A stretch of 64,000 bases of DNA from an uncultured Nitrososphaeraceae archaeon (GTDB lineage Archaea > Thermoproteota > Nitrososphaeria > Nitrososphaerales > Nitrososphaeraceae). The DNA is taken from the NCBI GenBank assembly GCA_963765895.1, contig CAVXZB010000012.1, positions 17,508 to 81,507 of the forward strand. The letters run 5' to 3'. The notes under the pieces were generated by a model. The model saw only the letters and a program-made list of their open reading frames with translations. It did not search any database and had not been told where the DNA came from. The first letter of the stretch is position 1. Each line of letters begins with the position of its first letter. The translations under genes and the position numbers were made by a program. This document shows, piece after piece, positions 58,960 through 64,000 of this stretch.

Positions 58960-60251
58960 TGTAATTTCTGAAAGAATGGACTATGGTCAAGATTATTACA
59001 TTAAATCACACCTGATTGTTTAATCTTCAGACTATAAGTATGAATACATTGTATTAAAGAATAGCATCTACTTTATCTGAAAATCTCATTTTAGTAGAAA
59101 CAAATTACTCCGTATAGTATGTTAGCTCAAAACAAGATAGAAAGCGCAAAATCAAAGACCAGATGAATTTTGCTAATTTGATTAGACTATACATTTGTTT
59201 GTATACTGTGACTCAGCTCAGTCGAATTTTGTTAATGAATTGTACTAGAATCGCATGTGTATTCGAATACAATCATACATGTACAGTATATGACCTTTTT
59301 TTATAATATATTATTTCCTAAACTGTTATGTTATGAATATGTATGAGAATAAGATTAATTTGTGAACGTATATCTGAGAGATGATTTTACCTAAAGTTCA
59401 GTTTGAGTAGACATTTGCGGTAAAATTAATGACTGCTTTCGAGATATGGTTCTGATAGGATTTAGCCGCATCCCAGTTATTAGACAAATTAAAAATATCC
59501 CTCTTAATTTATGAATAATATGGGAATACAATCAGAATCACCTATTAGATACAACTTGGAATAAAAAATGTTAAAGACTTGCCAGGACAACAAATATACC
59601 AAAGTCTATTCTATTAAGCACTCTTTGTTTTCAAAGCAAATATGGTGTTTTAATTGTAATAGTATGAGGAATGTTTGTATACATGATTCATGTCCAGAAC
59701 ATTGTGATCTATGCTTTAGGATAAAGAAGATAAAAGATGCTAATGACCATGAACTAACTTAAGTATAGCTCGTTTCTTGACTGATTAGATATGCGATTGC
59801 GGCAATGCGTCCAACGATATATTTCTTCAACCGATATCGCATGATATCTAAATTTATCTTTTATACATTCAACATTTTCGTATCTAATAGCCGGTATCCA
59901 CAAAGATTTCCTCTAGAGGTGCATTTTGCCCTCCTCTACAAAATAAAGAGAATAGGGCGTGTAAAGTACAATGCATGTTTGTGGTTTACAAAATGTATGA
60001 CAACTTGTAGGAAGTGCTTAATGAAAATTTCAGTGTTTGATTTAAAACAAATGGTGCTCTTGACTTTATGAACTAATTGTAGTGGATCATCACACATCTC
60101 GTTCTAAGTAGTGTATGCTAGTGCCATCGGAATTATGGAATCAACTTTTTTAGAAATGTGACACTATTTAAGAAAACATAGATACATTCGCAAGTCCAAT
60201 CTCTAAAACGGCAATAGGTCTAAATCATTGCAGAATTGATCCGGCGGATCC

Positions 60252-61083
60252 CTAATCCGCTGATAGATCCCAATAATTAGCGTCTTTAAATTCCTCTTTA
60301 CTCTTACCTAACATCTTCCACTCTCTGAATGATTTAGAATAGAGTTTTACATTCTTTATTCCAGCTAATTTGAGCGCATAATATGTCAAGCCAGATAAGG
60401 TTCCAGCACTCCCACAGTATGTGATAAATTCAGAATCGACTGACATTCCTCTATTTTCAATTAATCTTCTTATCTCTTCTGGTTTACGCAGTATGTTCGT
60501 ATCAGATCTTAACATAGCATATGGTAGGCTTTTGGCATTTGGTATATGCTCTGTCAGAAAATTTAATCGCTCTCTTGTATCTATCAAAAACTTATCTTCT
60601 TGTTCTTTTGCCAAATCGACATATGAGGCATCTGCCTGAATTTCGTGGTTGATAAGTAATGTATGTTCTGTTTTTGCAAAGGTATTATTTTTTGACTCAG
60701 TTTCTAATCCCATACTTTTCCATTGGCTAAAGGTCATCTCGAGTAGTGCAGTATTAGCGTGGCCTACGTACTGAAATGTCCAAGCTACACAGCAGCCAAT
60801 GCGCCGAATGTATCATCATAAATCACTACTGGCATAGTGTCGGTGATGCCCAAATTTTCTAAAATATCTACGATTCCCGACGGGTCTTTTTCTAATATTT
60901 GTGAGAATGGCAATGATGCCGCACTCTTAATATGACCCTGAAGATATTCGTCGAGCTTCCGAACATCTACAATCCTTACAGCATTCTCTAAAATTAACGC
61001 TCGTACTGTGTCTGTATCACAGATTACAGGGATCCCGATATGGTACTAACGCTCGTACTGCTATCACGTTTCTTGGTATTCAT
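60252..61083 (-). pseudogene. Two-domain rhodanese/sulfurtransferase, frameshifted twice
   Basis: IVDVR..EY..GHI, VVIYDD, HIPNAK, TYCGS, KLYSKSFREW; indel near 60793 and a 14-bp insertion at 61047-61060. Confidence 0.85.
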
Positions 61084-61117
61084 ATACATCATATTCCGTG
61101 GCTTAGTTCTTAGAATA

Positions 61118-62953
61118 TTATGCCGCACATTCTCCTCTGGCTGTCTTTGCAGAGAATCTTATATCGCTACCATAGTCCTTATAGGATTCAGGATCCTGTT
61201 CTACTGGGTCTAATTGTGCTACTGGCGATAGCAAAACCTTTATATCATCAACGCCTTTGACGCTTCCAGTCCCAATTCCATTTACGATCTTAGAGATCCA
61301 TTGCCTTAATGTTTCAGTCCCGGATTTTTCATGTTTATATATCTCGATTATTTTTCCAAGTATATTAATCACACGTTTTGCCGGAACACGCATTATTGTC
61401 TTTCCCAATTCGCCCCGTTCTCCTGTATTCCCTGAGAATAACATCGTATACGTAGGTGCCATTGAGTTGTTAATCCTTGAAGCTCCACCAAAGAATCCGA
61501 TTGTGGCGACCTCATGCTGCCCGCACGAGTTGGGGCATCCACTGATCTTAATTGTGGAATCCCTAAGATCGTCATCAATATCATGTTGTGACTCCAAAAA
61601 TTTGTACTCTATTTCCTTAGCCAATCGATGAGAATTTGTAATCGCCAAGTTACATGAAGTAGTTCCAGTACATCCAACCGCGGACGCAATAGTTAACGCG
61701 CCAGGGTTTGTTAATCCTGCAGTCGCAATCCTAGCGTAGAAATTATACAAGTCTTTCTCATTTATGTATCTAATTGCAAAATTTTGCTCCGGCGTGTTCC
61801 GTGCAGTTCCTTCTACCGAGAAGTCACGAATAGCTCCAGATAAAACTCTTAGTTGATTCGCAGTGATATCTCCGGCGCCTAATGTTACAAAGGCCGTGAA
61901 ATACCCTTGCTGTTTTTGAGAGACGACATTCGTGTGCATCCATCTCTCGTATGGATCTCCTCTTAATGTGTTCTGTATATCCAAAACAGGCAATTTCAGA
62001 TATCTCTGAGCCTTAGACATTTCCTTTTGTTCATTCTCTATATGAAAACGAAATAACTCCAAAGTGGAGTTAGCAATGGTCATTTCCACTATGGATCGTT
62101 CTTTGATTACCATTCTTTGAAACGTATCCCAACCTGTTTCGTTAACAAAATATCGCATCCGATTTCTGGCCATGTTTTCACGGTTTCCGTATCTATCAAA
62201 TAACCTAATGGTAGCTAAACAAGTTGCAAGCAGCCTATCTTCAGATGTGAAATCTTCCAATAGGTGCCCCAAAAATGAAGCAGCGCCCAAGCCTCCACCA
62301 AGATATACTCGAAAACCTTTTACACCATCATCATTAATCATTGGTACCAGACCAATATCTGCAATTCTTACTAACCCATGGTCAGCGCAACAGGAAAAAT
62401 TAATTTTGAATTTACGTGGAAGATTTTGACATGCTGGGTTGCGAAGAAAAAATTGAGCAATTGCTTTAGAATATGGAGTCGGATCAAACTCCTCCTTTGC
62501 ACACACACCCGCAAAATGGCTGCACATAACATTTCTGACCGTATTACCACAAGCCTCCCGCGTAGTTAGGCCGACATCAACAAGACCTCGCATCACTTCA
62601 CTAACATCTTCAAGTTGAACCCAATGTAGTTGGATATTCTGACGAGTAGATACATGAGCGGAGCCTATTGAGAAAGCCTCAGATAATCCTGCTATTTTTT
62701 CGAGCTGATCTGGAGTAATCTCTCCACTTGGAATCTTAATTCTTATCATACTGTAGCCCATTTGTAGTCTAGAGCCATAAGCACCATGTTGCAATCGGAA
62801 TCGACGAAAATCGTCGTCAGATAGACTATGCCGTCTGTACAACTTAACTTTTTGAGCAAAATTGTCGGTTTCCTCTTTTTTCCCCCATTTGATGTGAGAT
62901 CTCGTAAACAAATTGCTATCAAATTTAGAGTCTGGAGCGACATTATTACTCAT
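61118..62953 (-). CDS. Ferredoxin-dependent sulfite/nitrite reductase (siroheme), probably assimilatory sulfite reductase
   Basis: STRQNIQLH, NLPRKFK, CTGTTSCNLA, ISGCPNSCG; co-oriented with the rhodanese gene. Confidence 0.9.
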   Translation of the reverse strand: MSNNVAPDSKFDSNLFTRSHIKWGKKEETDNFAQKVKLYRRHSLSDDDFRRFRLQHGAYGSRLQMGYSMIRIKIPSGEITPDQLEKIAGLSEAFSIGSAHVSTRQNIQLHWVQLEDVSEVMRGLVDVGLTTREACGNTVRNVMCSHFAGVCAKEEFDPTPYSKAIAQFFLRNPACQNLPRKFKINFSCCADHGLVRIADIGLVPMINDDGVKGFRVYLGGGLGAASFLGHLLEDFTSEDRLLATCLATIRLFDRYGNRENMARNRMRYFVNETGWDTFQRMVIKERSIVEMTIANSTLELFRFHIENEQKEMSKAQRYLKLPVLDIQNTLRGDPYERWMHTNVVSQKQQGYFTAFVTLGAGDITANQLRVLSGAIRDFSVEGTARNTPEQNFAIRYINEKDLYNFYARIATAGLTNPGALTIASAVGCTGTTSCNLAITNSHRLAKEIEYKFLESQHDIDDDLRDSTIKISGCPNSCGQHEVATIGFFGGASRINNSMAPTYTMLFSGNTGERGELGKTIMRVPAKRVINILGKIIEIYKHEKSGTETLRQWISKIVNGIGTGSVKGVDDIKVLLSPVAQLDPVEQDPESYKDYGSDIRFSAKTARGECAA

Positions 62954-63627
62954 GATAACTTAATTCTATTTGAAACAATATATTGTTTATGGAGTTCCAA
63001 ATAACCAAGACTTATGCAAGTGCCTGTCCAGCATAATGACTATGGCTATTTAACTGGCAATATATAAGGTCAAGGATCGTTTTACCAAACTAGCAATAAT
63101 TGGACTATTAGTTTCTAGTAAATCGCTTGCGTAATTCCCGTAGTCATCTGATTATCGCCATACAAAGACAACTTGAGTTTATAAACGGTATTCTATTAAT
63201 CGTATTCTAAACATTTAAGAATTTTTAGAATCCTTGGAATTACACAAATTCGTGAAGATTTTCATATTGATGTATTGCCAAACCTGCTTCCGATAAAAAC
63301 TTGAAACACATTCTGCATATAACCTATTTATAGTACATTGGAATGAGGTCATAATACCAATTAATCAAGCTCAAGGGATAACGACTTCTGATACCTAATT
63401 TTCCTTAACTTTTAGCCTAGTACGACTATCAGAGGAAATAGTTACCAAGGTTTGATAAATAATATCTGAAAAGAATTGTTGTCACAGAACAAATAGGATC
63501 TTCTTTGTGCAACACATTCGAAATTCTCGTTTGTTGCACAATAACTCCAAACAAAGACCCGGTCAAAAATAAAAAATCATCTAGTACGTAAATTTCGGAT
63601 AAGTCAGATTCGAGGTGTATAAATACC

Positions 63628-64000
63628 TCATGAAAGATCAATCGCGAAGCGTAACGATCTGTGCCTTTTATAATCATCAAGTACAATCTTAGCCAATTTT
63701 TTAGTTATATCAGTCACACTCAATAAACCAGTGATTCGATTGTCGTCTTCTAAAACTACAAGATGCTTAATCCTATTTTTAGTCATGATCCTTGATGCAG
63801 TATCAACTGAGTCATAGGACATTACAGTGATAAGTGGTGTCGACATTATTTCTTCTACTAGGATTTTATTCGAACTAAAATTTTCAAGGCAGACCCGCTT
63901 GATTATATCGCGTTCAGTAATTATGCCGAAGGGAAAAATTGCATTTTTGTGTCAATTACTATGACTGAACCTACTTTTTTCTTTATCATTAGATTTGCTA
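63628..64000 (-). CDS. CBS-pair protein, partial at the window edge, apparent frameshift near 63950
   Basis: KKVGSVIV / FGIITERDI...IMSTPLITV...IKHLVV..GLLSVTDI. Confidence 0.75.

Overview
AT-rich archaeal DNA, most consistent with a soil ammonia-oxidising archaeon (Nitrososphaerota, Nitrososphaeraceae-like). This is inferred from a TFB paralog, the thpR-cca-kinase cluster, purP, archaeal HflX and small conserved proteins. The left half (about 1-33 kb) is a low-coding-density plasticity zone. It holds many pseudogenes, integrase/terminase/HTH remnants, a decayed IS6 with an 8-bp TSD, a deleted Dna2-like nuclease-helicase and a kdpABC(F) operon with a broken kdpB. It also holds an intact polyphosphate cluster (ppx, two thymidylate-kinase-like genes, sixA). 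The most striking structure is four diverged, same-orientation, 5'-truncated copies of the 3' end of a DUF72 gene, whose best-preserved copies end in a PIP-box. These copies separate unrelated cargo blocks like a cassette array. One block encodes a small secreted Cys/His18 peptide. The right half is mostly housekeeping (purP, hflX, HtrA protease, cca, thpR, tfb, oligopeptide ABC ATPase, asnS, sulfite reductase) with an intact IS5-family element. No rRNA, tRNA or CRISPR array was seen. All family calls are from motif recognition by eye; no searches were run.
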